Shown here: one piece after another, positions 23,210 through 36,332 of the stretch
How positions within the stretch are numbered: position 1 is the stretch's first letter
Layout: each line of letters opens with the position of its first letter
NCBI GenBank assembly: GCA_963833905.1
Contig: CAWHZQ010000003.1
Coordinates: forward strand, 147,509 to 211,508
Source: an uncultured Gemmatimonadales bacterium
Lineage (GTDB): Bacteria > Gemmatimonadota > Gemmatimonadetes > Gemmatimonadales > GWC2-71-9
DNA: 64,000 bases
Direction of reading: 5' to 3'
Program-made: the position numbers and the translations under genes
Notes under the pieces: model-generated
The model's database searches: none
The model's input: the letters and a program-made list of their open reading frames with translations, nothing else
What the model was told of the DNA's origin: nothing

Positions 23210-23665
23210 ATGGTCCGCTTGGCGTGGCCGGGGTGGTGGCTCGGATTGCTGGTGGGTGTCGGAACCCCGGTGGCGGCGCAGGCGAACGTCGTGCCACCTC
23301 GCATCGAGCTGAAGGAGAACTACCCCAATCCGTTCTTTCCGACGACGACGATTCCGTTCGTGATTGCCCAGGAGGTCTGCGCGCGAGGGCATCAACCGGT
23401 CGTCAGCTTGAAGATCTACAACGTCCTGGTGCAGGTGGTGGCGATACCCGTGCTCAACAGTGGGGGCGGCCCCCGGGTGGGCGGGCCGGAGCGGCTGGAC
23501 AGTCTGCGGCTGCGCTGCGGTGAGTACCACGCGTTCTGGGACGGGAAGTATCTCGACGGGCGAAGGGAGGCGACACCGGGCGTCTATTACTACCAGCTCA
23601 CGGTCGATGGCGAGCGGTTCACCCGGAAGATGATCGCCCAGAAGAAGGTGACCAGTCAGCAGTGA
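23210..23665 (+). CDS. Small secreted protein made only of a signal peptide and a T9SS-CTD / FlgD-Ig-like domain
   Basis: The 151-aa ORF is intact. Signal peptide WWLGLLVGVGTPVAAQA. Domain motifs: LKENYPNPFFPTTTIPF, VSLKIYNVLVQVV, WDGKYLDGRREATPGVYYYQL, RFTRKMI. Confidence 0.6.
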   Translation: MVRLAWPGWWLGLLVGVGTPVAAQANVVPPRIELKENYPNPFFPTTTIPFVIAQEVCARGHQPVVSLKIYNVLVQVVAIPVLNSGGGPRVGGPERLDSLRLRCGEYHAFWDGKYLDGRREATPGVYYYQLTVDGERFTRKMIAQKKVTSQQ

Positions 23666-23666
23666 G

Positions 23667-23702
23667 AGGGGCGGCCCGGGTGGGCCGTCCCTTTCGTGCT
23701 TT
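23667..23702 (+). terminator. Intrinsic terminator candidate
   Basis: GGGGCGGCCC, loop GGGT, GGGCCGTCCC (1 mismatch), followed by TTTCGTGCTTTC. It lies directly after the stop at 23665. Confidence 0.55.
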
Positions 23703-23803
23703 CTGGTGGGAGGCGGACTGGGACTGCCAATGTGGCAGAAATCGAGGGTACGCGGGTTGCTTTCGCGGTGGGCGAGATGTGCTATCGTGACTCAGTAGCC
23801 CCG

Positions 23804-23885
23804 TCATCCCGAGCGGAGCGAGGGACCTTGCCAGCGAATGGCTCGCGCAGCGGAGCGAGGAGATCCCTCGCTCCGCTCGGGATGA
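23804..23885. repeat. REP-like palindromic element, family A (copy A2)
   Basis: TCATCCCGAGCGGAGCGAGGGA and its exact reverse complement flank a 38-nt loop. The loop holds a partial third half-site, GCAGCGGAGCGAGGAGA. The element lies in the clpB leader and ends 25 nt before ATG 23910. Confidence 0.9.
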
Positions 23886-23909
23886 GCCCGACCGTACCAG
23901 AGGAAACCA

Positions 23910-26551
<2,642 letters not shown>

Positions 26552-26559
<8 letters not shown>

Positions 26560-27028
26560 GGGCACGCCGTCCCCGAGCGACCTGCAGGGCATGCAGGCGG
26601 CCCTGCGGCTGGCCCGGACGGCCGCCGTGCGGGAGGAGGTGCCGGTCGGGGCCGTCATCGTGGCCGAAGGCGAGGTCCTGGCCGAGGCGCACAACGAGAC
26701 GGTCCACCGGCACGACCCGACGGCCCACGCCGAACTGCTGGCGATCCAGCGCGCGCTCGAGAAAGCCGGCGAGGATCGGCTTCCCTTCGCGACGCTGTAC
26801 GTGACGCTCGAGCCGTGCGCCCAGTGTGCCGGCGCGATCGTGCTCGCCAAGGTGGGGCGGGTGGTGTACGGCACCCAGGACCTCCGATGCGGGATGGCCG
26901 GATCGGTGTACGATCTGCTGCGCCATCCCCGCCTCAACCACCGGCCGGAAGTGGTCGGCGGCCTCATGGCCGAGGACTGCGCCGAGCTGCTGAAGCGGTT
27001 CTTCGAGAGCCGGCGGATGGCGCTGTAG
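26552..27028 (+). CDS. tadA: tRNA-specific adenosine deaminase
   Basis: The 158-aa ORF is intact. HAELLAI and PCAQCAGA form the zinc site. The start overlaps the clpB stop. Confidence 0.85.
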
Positions 27029-27114
27029 ACGGTTCGTCGGCGCGGGAGACTTGCAAAGCGCGTCGCGGCAGGGCACGTTTCGGCCTTCTCCAACCCACAA
27101 TCCACGAGGTCGTC

Positions 27115-28139
27115 ATGCGCCGGGCTGCTCGCGCGGGTGTGCTCCTGTGTGGTCTCGTGACCCTGTTGGCCGCCTGCGGCGGCGACACGCCGACGTCGAC
27201 GCCGACCGATCAGTTGCGCCGACTCCCGGGTGCATCCCCGCGGCGTCGTGGACAGGGTCGACGCTCCCGTGCCGTGGGGCGTCGCGGTGCGGGACGATGG
27301 GCTCGCCCTCTTTACCCAGCTGGCGAACGGTGGCGTGGGAATCACGAACACCAAGACCAGGACCGTCGATGGCTTTATTCCGACGGGCGTGACTCCCACG
27401 GGGATCGCCCTCTCGCCCGATGGCGAGACGGCCTACGTCGCCAATCAGTTCGGCAACGTGAGCCGGATCGACGTCGCGACGCGCCAGGTGACGGGCTCCG
27501 TCGACATCGGCTCCCCGCAGGCGCTGCGGGTCTCGCCCGACGGCTCGCAGCTTTTCGTGGCGACGACCGGCACGGTCGTGGTGACCGTGGATATCGCGAC
27601 CCTGTAGCATCGTCAGGACCGTCGAGGTCGGCTCCGCGCCGAACGGCTTCGCGGTGCATCCGGGTGGCCGCCTGCTCTACGTGAGCAGCTTCGACGCGGG
27701 CACGGTGAGCGAGATCGACATGGTTACCGGGGAGGTGCTGCGGACGTTCACGCCGTTCGGGAAGCCCCTCGGGAAGCCCCAGGAGATGGCGCTCAACCGC
27801 AAGGGGACCCGCCTCTACGTGGCCACCGAGGAAGCGGCCAACGAGGACGCGGCCAACGAAGAGGACGGCTGGCTCGACGAGTTCGACCTGGCCTCGGGCA
27901 ACCTGACGAACCGGATCACGCTGCAGGCGGGCGCATTCGGCGTGGGGGTGACGCCGGATGATAGCCAGGCGTACCTGACGCTTCCGAGCGCGGGACTGAT
28001 CCAGATCTTCGGGCTGCAATCGCGGAAACTCGCCAAGACCATCAACGTCGGCGGTAGTCCGCGGCGGATCGCGTTCAGCCAGAAGGGGAACATCGCCGCG
28101 GTCACCAACGCGGCGGGGTTCATCACCTTCATACGCTAG
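27115..28139 (+). CDS. Lipoprotein, YVTN-family beta-propeller repeat protein, with two frame breaks (near 27225 and 27605)
   Basis: It opens MRRAARAGVLLCGLVTLLAACGG. Repeats include GIALSPDGETAYVANQF, ALRVSPDGSQLFVA, FAVHPGGRLLYVSS and GVGVTPDDSQAYL. Confidence 0.6.
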
Positions 28140-28363
28140 GGCGCGACGTGGCCGCCGCGCTCGCGGCGGGCCGCGCACCGGCGCCGCTCGGCGAGCTCCC
28201 GGAGCTGGCGTCAGGGACGGAATCGCCGCTCCTTCGAGGACGGCTGACGCGACTCGGCCGCCAGCTCAAGGCCCTGCACGACGCTGCGGCGCGCTGGGCG
28301 GAGGGGTAGAGAACCGGGTCGGGCGGATGTACACTTCCGACCCGAATTCGTCGTCGGGACCCT

Positions 28364-28450
28364 GGACAGGTGTCCGAGTGGCTGAAGGAGCCGGTCTCGA
28401 AAACCGGTAAACCGGCAACGGTTTCGAGGGTTCGAATCCCTCCCTGTCCG
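28364..28450 (+). tRNA. tRNA-Ser (anticodon CGA)
   Basis: Acceptor stem GGACAGG/CCTGTCC plus discriminator G. Anticodon loop CTCGAAA. It has a long variable arm and the T-arm GAGGGTTCGAATCCCTC. Confidence 0.9.
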
Positions 28451-28589
28451 TCAAAGCAAGTGCACGCCGTTCGCTCCTGCAGCGCGTGTCGCCCAAGCTG
28501 CCTGTCGCCGGCGACTCGCCGAATCCTGGAACGACCTTCCCACCTGCTGCCTCCGTCGAGCCGACCGCCACCTTAACGATTGGGAGACG

Positions 28590-30537
28590 ATGTCACCTCC
28601 GGTTCAGGATCGGCGTCAGCAAGCCGTCGGCTACCTCGTGGCCGTCCTGGTGACGGCCGCCGCCGCCGGCGTGACCCAGGTCCTTCGGCCGCTGGTGCGC
28701 GCCGAGCGTGACGCCGCCGTTCATTCTGGCGGTGGCCATGGCGGCGCTGTTCGGGGGCATCGGGCCCGGCGCCCTGGCCTGCCCTCCTGAGCGCCCTCGC
28801 GCTGGGCTACTGGTTCTTTCCGCCCATCAACTCTCGACAACCCGGCCGATCTCGCCCGGCTGATCCTCTTCCTGGTCGTGGCTATCGTCATCACCTGGAT
28901 CGCGGGGACCGCCCACCGGCATCGGGTGCGCGCCGACGAGAAGGCCAGGGAGAGCGAGCGCCTGCGCCGTCTCGCCGACCAGTTGGCCGCCAAGGCGGAG
29001 GAGGCCACCCGCGAGGTTCGCCAGAGCATCACCGAGGAGAAGGAGGCGCAGGAGGCGATGGCCCGCCTGGCGGCCATCGTGTCGTCGTCCAGCGATGCCA
29101 TCATTGGCAAGACGCTGGATGGCGTGGTCACGAGCTGGAACGCCGCGGCTGAACGGACCTTCGGTTACAGGGTCCGAGATGGTGGGACAGTCGGTGTTCA
29201 AGCTGATTCCGGATGAGCTGCACGATACCGAGCGAGAGGTGCTGGCGCGGCTGCGCCGGGGCGAAGTCGGTCGAGCTCTCCGAGACCGAGCGGATTCGGA
29301 AGGACGGCAAGCGGATCTGGATCTCCTTGAGCGTGTCGCCCATCCGGGACGCCACAGGCATGATCATCGGCGCGGCGTCCATCAAGCGCGACGTCACGGA
29401 GTCGAGGCTGATGCGGCAGCACCTGCACGACACCCAGCGCTTCCAGGCGGTGGGGCAGCTCGCCGGGGGAATCGCGCACGAGGCCAACAACCAGATGACG
29501 GTCGTCCTGGGGGCCTCGCAGTTTCTGCTCCGCCGGGCCGACCTGGCTCCATCCGCCCGGGAGGACGTCGAATTGATCCGCCGGGCGGCCGAGCGAACCG
29601 CGTCGATCACCCAGCAACTGCTGGCCTTCAGTCGCCGCCAGGTGCTGGAGCTTCGGGATGTGGACCTGAACCGCGTCGTGCAGACCATCGAACCGGTACT
29701 CCGCCGCTCCCTGGCGGAGAGCCACGAGCTGATCGTACGGCTCCGGCTGCGGGACGCGGTGGTTCGAGCCGACCCGCGACAACTGGAACAGGTGCTGCTG
29801 AACCTGACGCTGAATGCCCGGGATGCCATGCCGGCGGGTGGGCGACTCACCATCGAGACGGACAGCGTGGAGCTCGCGGGCGGAGGACATCGTCTGGGAG
29901 AGTGAAGGCCCTTCGCCGGGCGCGTATGCCGTCGTGGTGGTAAAGGACACCGGACATGGTATGGACCGCGCGACCCTGCAGCGAGCGTTCGAGCCGTTCT
30001 TCACGACGAAGGGGGTCGGCCAGGGCACCGGGCTGGGTCTCTCCGTGGTCCACGGGATCGTCAATCAGAGCGGCGGCTCCATCCGGGTCGAGAGCGAGCC
30101 GGGGAAGGGCACGACCTTCACATTGTACCTACCGGTCTCGTCGGCGGGCCGTGCGTCCGAACCTCCGGTCGATACCGGGGCCACGGCCAGGGAACATGGC
30201 CGGGTGCGCTGGTGGTCGAGGACGACCCGGTCGTCCGGGCCATGGCGGCGCGTGGGCTGCGCGAGGCCGGCTACGACGTGCTCGAGGCGGTGAACGGGCG
30301 CGAAGCTCTGGACCTGATCCGGGCCCATACCGGACGGCTCGACGTGGTGGTCACCGATGTCGGCATGCCGGAGATGGACGGCCATGATCTCGCCCGCTGG
30401 CTGAGCGAGGAACGGCCCGACTCCCCGTCGTGTTCATGTCCGGCTACGGCGATCCCGAGCCCACGGTTCCATTCCTTCAGAAGCCTTTCGCGCCGGACGC
30501 GCTGGTTCGCAGGGTCGGCGAGGTGCTCGATCAATGA
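28590..30537 (+). CDS. Hybrid sensor histidine kinase / response regulator (DUF4118-like TM, coiled coil, PAS, HisKA, HATPase, REC), with at least 7 frame breaks
   Basis: PAS: [33 protein letters not shown]-box: [14 protein letters not shown]. ATPase: [30 protein letters not shown]: [22 protein letters not shown]. The stop is TGA 30535-37. Confidence 0.75.
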
Positions 30538-31172
30538 CATCGCTCGATGACCAGCTCCTGGACGGTGAGCGCATCGTCCACCGGACGCGGCCGCATTGGA
30601 TCTTGTTCGGCGGCCCGCTCCTCGTGGCACTCGCCGGACTCATCGTCGGCGTCATGCTCCAGCTCACCGTCAACGACTTGCGGTACCAATACGCCGGCTG
30701 GTACGCCGGTGCTGCCCTGCTGGGTGTGGCACTGCTCATCGCCATACCGCCCGCCATCCGCTACCTCAGCTCCGATTTCGCCGTCACCGACAAGCGGGTG
30801 TTGGCGCGAATGGGCATCCTCCATCGCCAGTCGCTCGAGACGCTGTTGACCAAGATCGAGGGCATCGGCGTGGAGCAGGACCTCTGGGGGCGACTGCTGG
30901 GATACGGCACGATCACGATCACGGGGACAGGCGGCACCCGGGAGTCCATCACGGGGATTCCGAGGCCGCTCGAGTTCCGCCGGCACGTTCAGAGCCAGAT
31001 CGTGGACCTCGACGAGCGGCGCGGACGGGAGCCCGCCGCCGCGCTCACCAGCGGTGAGGGTGAGGCCCGCGTGGAGCGGGACTGCCCCTGGTGCGCCGAG
31101 CGGATTCTCGCCCGGGCGCGCGTCTGCAAGCACTGCGGCCGGGAGGTGGCGTCAACTCCGCCGACCGCCTGA
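30534..31172 (+). CDS. Membrane bPH (YdbS/YdbT-like, DUF304) domain protein with a C-terminal zinc ribbon
   Basis: The 212-aa ORF is intact and its ATG forms an ATGA overlap with the kinase stop. It has two TM helices. bPH region: [50 protein letters not shown]. Zinc ribbon: [19 protein letters not shown]. Confidence 0.65.
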   Translation: MTSLDDQLLDGERIVHRTRPHWILFGGPLLVALAGLIVGVMLQLTVNDLRYQYAGWYAGAALLGVALLIAIPPAIRYLSSDFAVTDKRVLARMGILHRQSLETLLTKIEGIGVEQDLWGRLLGYGTITITGTGGTRESITGIPRPLEFRRHVQSQIVDLDERRGREPAAALTSGEGEARVERDCPWCAERILARARVCKHCGREVASTPPTA

Positions 31173-32147
31173 CCGGCTGCCTCCTCGGTCAGGCCCTGGG
31201 CGACGCCCTCGGCTTCGTCGTCGAGACCCGGCCGCCCGACGTGGCCGAAGCCTACGTGCGCGACTGGCTCCTCGCCGGCCGGGCCGGGGAGCGAGCCCAC
31301 CCGGACTATCCTTTCGGCCAATACTCCGACGACACCCAACTCGCCCGCGAGCTGCTGATCAGCGTTCGCGAGGCCGGCGGCTGGAATCCCGCGGCGTTCG
31401 CGGCCCGAATCGCCGAGCTGTTCCGGACCGGAGCCGACGTCGGGGCCGGTGAAGGCACGCGCGGCGCGGCGCGACGTCTTCTGGCCGGCACCAGTTGGCG
31501 GGAGTCGGGAACTCCACCTCCCTACGCCGGCAACGGCAGCGCCATGCGGGCGGCCCCGCTGGGCCTTCTCTTCGCCGGTGATCCGGCCGCGCTCCGCGCC
31601 GCTGCCAGGGAGCAGAGCCGCATCACCCACCTCGACCCGCGCTGCGCCGCCGGGGCGGTGGCCGTGGCCGGCGCCGCGCTGCTGGCCGCGGCGCCTGGCC
31701 CGCTCGACCCGCGCCGAGGTCCTGCGTCAGCTCTCGGTCTGGGTGGAGGCAGAGGACGCGTCGGTAGCTCGGGCGGTCGCCGGCGTCGAGGCGTGGCTCC
31801 CGCTCGCGCCGGGCGCGCGGCCGCGGCCCGCCTCCGCGCCGAAGGCGCGGACCCCGCCCACCCCTCTCCCTGGCGCGGCATCTCCGCCTTCGTGACGCCG
31901 AGCGTCGCCTGGAGTCTCTACGCCTTCCTGCGCACCCCGGACGACTACTGGGCCACGGTCTGCACCGCGATCGCCGTCGGCGGCGACACCGACACGATGG
32001 GCGCCATCGCGGGCGCGCTCGCGGGCGCCCGGCTCGGTCCCGACGCCTTGCCGCCGGACCTGCTGGCCCGGCTCACCGATCGCGGAAGCTGGGGCGGCAT
32101 CCGACCTTGCCCAGCTCGCCGCCGACTGCGCGCGGTACGCGCGCTGA
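31091..32147 (+). CDS. ADP-ribosylglycohydrolase family protein, with about 3-4 frame breaks; start uncertain
   Basis: Motifs: [58 protein letters not shown]. The only in-frame start is GTG 31091, which overlaps the upstream gene by 82 nt. The end is TGA 32145-47, reached after a break near 32095. Confidence 0.7.
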
Positions 32148-32230
32148 CCTCTTCACACGATCCGGCTCGCGGTGGTAAGTTGCCGGGTCGCCAAGGACCG
32201 ACGCGAGACCGCTCGCCAGCCGAGGTATCC

Positions 32231-33227
32231 ATGCCGCACGGAAAGATCTACCAGGACGTGACCGAGACCGTCGGGAACACCCCGCTGATCCGGCTCAACC
32301 GGCTCGGCCAGGGCCTGCCCGGGCGCATCGCCGTCAAGCACGAAGGCTACAACCCGTACAATTCGGTGAAGGACCGGATCGGCGCCGCGATGATCAATGA
32401 CGCGGTCGAGAAGGGACGCCTTCGTCCCGGCATGTTCATCGTGGAGCCGACCTCGGGGAACACCGGCATCGGCCTGGCGTACGTCGCGGCGGTGCGGGGC
32501 TACCGCTGCATCTTCACCATGCCGGACACGATGACGATCGAGCGCCGGCACCTGCTTCGGGCGCTGGGCTGCAAGGTGGTGCTCACCGAGGGGCCCAAGG
32601 GAATGAAGGGTGCCATGGCGCGGGCCGAGGAGATCCTGGCCCGGCTGGGCGACCGCGCCTGGATGCCGCGCCAGTTCGACAATCCCGCCAATCCCGCGAT
32701 CCACTACCGCACCACGGGTCCGGAGATCTGGGAGGACACCGAGGGCAAGGTGGACGTCTTCGTCGCCGGCGTCGGGACCGGCGGCACCATCACGGGCGCG
32801 GGACGGTTCCTCCGCGAGCGGAAGCCGGGAATCCACATCGTGGCGGTCGAGCCGGCCGAGAGCCCCGTGCTCTCCGGCGGCCAGCCCTCACCGCACCGGC
32901 AGCAGGGCATCGGGGCCGGCTTCATTCCCGCCCTGCTCGACACCAAGATCTACGACGAGGTCGTCCGGGTGAGCAACGACGATGCGATCGCCACGGCGCG
33001 GCGCCTGGCTCGCGAGGAGGCCATCTTCGCCGGCATCTCGAGCGGCTCGATCACCTGGGCGGCGCTCCAGGTGGCGGCCCGGCCGGAGAACGCGGGCAAG
33101 CTGATCGTCTCGATCGTCTGCGATTTCGGTGAGCGCTATCTCAGCAATCCGGTCTACACCGAGTTGCCCGACCCCGATTTCTCGGACGTCGAGGACGCGC
33201 TGGCGCGCTCCGGCGGTGGTCGCGTGA
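32231..33227 (+). CDS. cysK: Cysteine synthase A (O-acetylserine sulfhydrylase), with an inferred break near 33215
   Basis: Motifs: [20 protein letters not shown] (PLP Lys), [22 protein letters not shown]. There is no in-frame stop. The +1 frame gives TGA 33225-27. Confidence 0.9.
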
Positions 33228-33253
33228 GGACGAATCGTCGGCGAGCACGAATC

Positions 33254-33334
33254 GTCATCCCGAGCGAAGCGAGGGATCTACTCGGCGGGTCTCGAGCCCG
33301 GGTTGAGAAGGTCCCTCACTTCGCTCGGGATGAC
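33254..33334. repeat. REP-like palindromic element, family A (copy A3)
   Basis: GTCATCCCGAGCGAAGCGAGGGA, a 35-nt loop, then TCCCTCACTTCGCTCGGGATGAC (1 mismatch). It lies 27 nt after the cysK stop. Confidence 0.9.
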
Positions 33335-33403
33335 GGCGCGCGGCGGAGAGCGGTTCTCCGCCGCAACCTTTTCCACCCACACACCACTGAGGCGCAGCCA
33401 CAC

Positions 33404-35560
33404 GTGACCACTCCTGCACGCATCCCTGACGGCGGACCGACTCCGTTCGGGCGGATCGACGAGATCTTCGGACTCGATACCTTCTCCCGCACCGTCATGC
33501 GGCAGCGGCTTCCCAAGGAGGTCTATCGGAGCCTGCTCCGGACCATCGACCAGGGGGATCCGCTCGACCCGGCCGTGGCCGACGTCGTGGCCGCCAGCAT
33601 GAAGGACTGGGCGATCGAGAACGGCGCCAGCCACTACACCCACTGGTTCCAGCCGCTGACCGGCCAGACCGCCGAGAAGCACGATTCGCTCGCGGCCCCG
33701 GACGGGAACGGCGGCGTGGTCTTCAACTTCTCCGGCAGCGAGCTGGTGCAGGGCGAGCCGGACGCCTCGAGCTTCCCGTCGGGCGGCCTCCGCGCCACCT
33801 TCGAGGCCCGCGGCTACACCGCGTGGGACGCCACCAGCCCGGCGTTTCTCATGCGGGGCAACAACAACGTCACCCTCTGTATTCCCACGGCCTTCGTCTC
33901 CTGGACGGGCGAAGCGCTCGACACCAAGATCCCGCTGCTCCGCTCGGTCGAGGCACTGTCGCACCAGGCGATGCGGGTGCTCAAGATCTTCGGCACCGAC
34001 GAGGGCGTGCGGCGGGTCTACACCACCGTGGGCCCGGAGCAGGAGTACTTCCTGATCGACCGCGAGCTCTACTTCAAGCGGCCCGACCTGGTCACCAGCG
34101 AGCGCACCCTGTTCGGCGCCAAGCCGCCCAAGGGCCAGCAGCTCGAGGACCACTACTTCGGCACCATTCCGCCGCGCGTGCTGGCCTTCATGTCGGAGGC
34201 GGAGGCGGAGCTCTACCGCCTGGGCGTGCCGGTCAAGACCCGCCACAACGAGGTGGCCCCGGGCCAGTACGAGATCGCGCCGCTGTTCGAGCCGAGCCAC
34301 ATCGCGAGCGATCACCAGATGCTGATCATGGAGACGCTCAAGCGGGTGGCGCCGCGTTACGGGCTCCAGGCGCTGCTGCACGAGAAGCCGTTCGCCGGTG
34401 TCAACGGCTCGGGCAAGCACAACAACTGGTCGATGAGCACCGACACGGGCGTCAACCTGCTCGACCCGCGGGACGACACCCACACCAACATGCAGTTCCT
34501 GGTGTTCCTGGTCGCCACGATCCGCGCGGTCGACACCCACGCCGACCTGCTCCGTGCCTCGATCGCCTCGGCGGCCAACGACCACCGGCTCGGGGCCAAC
34601 GAGGCCCCGCCCGCCATCATCTCCATCTTCCTCGGGAAGATGCTGACCGACATCCTGGAGCAGGTGGAGAAGGGGCTGCCCAAGCGCACCATCCGCGGCG
34701 GCACGCTCGACCTTGGCGCCAGGACCCTGCCGATGCTGCCGCGCCACTCGGGCGACCGCAACCGGACCTCGCCGTTCGCGTTCACCGGCAACAAGTTCGA
34801 ATTCCGCGCGGTGGGCTCGACGGCCAGCATCGCGTGGCCCAACACGGTGCTCAACACCATCGTCGCCGAGTCGCTCGACTACGTGGCAGGCCAGTTGGAG
34901 AAGGCGGTGGGCGCCAAGCCGACGCCGGCCCGGCTCCAGCAGGGCGTGCTGACGGTGCTCAAGCGGCTCATCAAGGAGCACAAGCGGGTCATCTTCGACG
35001 GCGACAACTACTCGGAGGAATGGCACACCGAGGCGGACCGGCGCGGGCTGCCGAACCTGAAGGACTCGGTCGAGGCCTTCCAGGTGCTCAAGGCCCGGAA
35101 GAACTCCGATCTGTTCAAGAAGTACGGCGTGCTGAACAAGTCCGAATACGATTCGCGGATCCACATCGCGATCGAGAAGTACGTCAAGCAGCTCGGCATC
35201 GAAGGGGAGACGATGGTATCGATCGCCAAGTCCCAGATCCTGCCGGCGGCGCTGGAGCACCAGCGGCGGACGGCGGAAGCGGTCGCGGCGACCAAGGCCG
35301 CGGGGGTCGATGCGGCCGACAGCACCCAGGCGCTCCGGGAGTTCGTCGAGCTGGTGACCCAGTTCCGGGCCCGGACGGCGGAGGTCGAAGTCCTTTCCGC
35401 CCATCACGAGTCGGACCCGGCAAAGCATGCCGCCCAGATCGCCCGGGAGCTCAAGCCGGCGATGGCCCGCCTGCGGGAGACCGGTGATGCGATGGAGGCG
35501 GTGGTGGCCGCGGATCTCTGGCCGCTGCCGAGCTATCGGACGTTGCTGTTTTTCAAGTGA
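33404..35560 (+). CDS. glnN: Glutamine synthetase type III
   Basis: GTG 33404 is in the frame of ORF 31091..35560 and gives 718 aa with no breaks. Motifs: [55 protein letters not shown]. Confidence 0.9.
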   Translation: MTTPARIPDGGPTPFGRIDEIFGLDTFSRTVMRQRLPKEVYRSLLRTIDQGDPLDPAVADVVAASMKDWAIENGASHYTHWFQPLTGQTAEKHDSLAAPDGNGGVVFNFSGSELVQGEPDASSFPSGGLRATFEARGYTAWDATSPAFLMRGNNNVTLCIPTAFVSWTGEALDTKIPLLRSVEALSHQAMRVLKIFGTDEGVRRVYTTVGPEQEYFLIDRELYFKRPDLVTSERTLFGAKPPKGQQLEDHYFGTIPPRVLAFMSEAEAELYRLGVPVKTRHNEVAPGQYEIAPLFEPSHIASDHQMLIMETLKRVAPRYGLQALLHEKPFAGVNGSGKHNNWSMSTDTGVNLLDPRDDTHTNMQFLVFLVATIRAVDTHADLLRASIASAANDHRLGANEAPPAIISIFLGKMLTDILEQVEKGLPKRTIRGGTLDLGARTLPMLPRHSGDRNRTSPFAFTGNKFEFRAVGSTASIAWPNTVLNTIVAESLDYVAGQLEKAVGAKPTPARLQQGVLTVLKRLIKEHKRVIFDGDNYSEEWHTEADRRGLPNLKDSVEAFQVLKARKNSDLFKKYGVLNKSEYDSRIHIAIEKYVKQLGIEGETMVSIAKSQILPAALEHQRRTAEAVAATKAAGVDAADSTQALREFVELVTQFRARTAEVEVLSAHHESDPAKHAAQIARELKPAMARLRETGDAMEAVVAADLWPLPSYRTLLFFK

Positions 35561-35576
35561 TGTGACCGGAGAGGTT

Positions 35577-35648
35577 CGTCACCCGAGCGAAGCGAAGGGC
35601 GGCAATGCCTCGAGGCATTTGCCCCCTTCGCTTCGTCTCAGGATGACG
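35577..35648. repeat. REP-like palindromic element, family A (copy A4, degenerate)
   Basis: CGTCACCCGAGCGAAGCGAAGGGCGGCAATGCC, loop TCGA, then GGCATTTGCCCCCTTCGCTTCGTCTCAGGATGACG. The pairing is imperfect. It sits between convergent genes, 17 nt after the glnN stop. Confidence 0.8.
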
Positions 35649-35680
35649 GTCTATCGCTCAGAGCTCTATGCTCAGCAGAC

Positions 35681-36138
35681 TTACAGCGGCCACCCCGCCG
35701 GCCGCTCCTTGGTCAGCAGGAACAGCTCACTCGGGCATTTCGCGGGCGTCAGCACCCCGGCCATCGCCTGGAAGGCCATCACTTCCTCGGGCGAGCTGTC
35801 GGGATTGAAGTAGACGGCCATCGCTTCGACCAGGGGAGGACGATCCGGCCGGGCCAGCGCCTCGACCCAGGGATGCTGAGGGTTGGTTCGGCGACTCTCC
35901 AGCCGGACCCGGACGGCGCCATCGAGCCAGCAGGTCATCCCGGCCAGCCCGTCCAGCATCGGCTCGCTCAGGAGGAGGCTTTCACCCTGCGGGGTGATTG
36001 CCCCGAACCGCAACCGGCCACGCTCGTTGCGGCAGTGGATGACGGTGCCCCAGCGGAAGCGGGGCAGGCCGTGCTGGTACCAGTCCAGGACCTGGAGGAG
36101 CTGATCTTTCAGTACGTCGACGACGAGCGACGATTGCA
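35681..36138 (-). CDS. Hypothetical protein (about 152 aa from the internal ATG)
   Basis: The likely start in ORF 35681..36316(-) is MQSSLVVDVLKDQLLQVLDWYQHGLPRFRWGTVIHCRNERG. Composition is coding-like. I recognise no family. Confidence 0.45.
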
Positions 36139-36200
36139 TGGCGGCCACCAGCGGGGAAAAGGTTGCCGTATCCGCCCAGAGGGGGAGCGTTGACCGCCAT

Positions 36201-36212
36201 ATTCTGCAGAAT
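36201..36212. promoter_or_regulatory. AT-rich perfect 12-bp palindrome (candidate operator) in a divergent intergenic region
   Basis: ATTCTGCAGAAT lies just downstream of TTGACC 36190-95, between the (-) hypothetical gene and the (+) aminotransferase operon. Confidence 0.3.
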
Positions 36213-36332
36213 GCGGGCCAGACGGCCGCCGTTCCCGCCCCTGGCGCCCGCCCGGGGACCCGGCCACATTCCGCCCGCGGCCGAAACGGCCCGGTTCCGA
36301 GGCCGGCCGCCACCACCCATCACCACCCGCCC

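Noticed and set aside
28148-28309. A small 53-codon ORF (GTG 28148 to TAG 28307-09, ...LTRLGRQLKALHDAAARWAEG) followed by the hairpin CGGGTCGG..CCGACCCG, just upstream of tRNA-Ser.
   Set aside because: Composition is coding-like, but it is short, has no recognisable motif or SD, and lies in a region where frame errors are common. Evidence is insufficient to call a gene.
28364-28590. tRNA-Ser genes (28364-28450 and 50361-50450) as integration sites for a genomic island or prophage.
   Set aside because: There is no integrase, recombinase or phage gene on either side. I saw no duplicated tRNA 3' end, and the flanking genes are ordinary housekeeping or signalling genes.
31091-35560. A 1489-aa ORF that looks like a giant multidomain protein.
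   Set aside because: It is a concatenation of the ADP-ribosylglycohydrolase, cysK, a family-A repeat and glnN. These happen to share a frame after indels. The cysK stop (TGA 33225-27) and the hydrolase stop (TGA 32145-47) reappear in the +1 frame. glnN has its own GTG at 33404.
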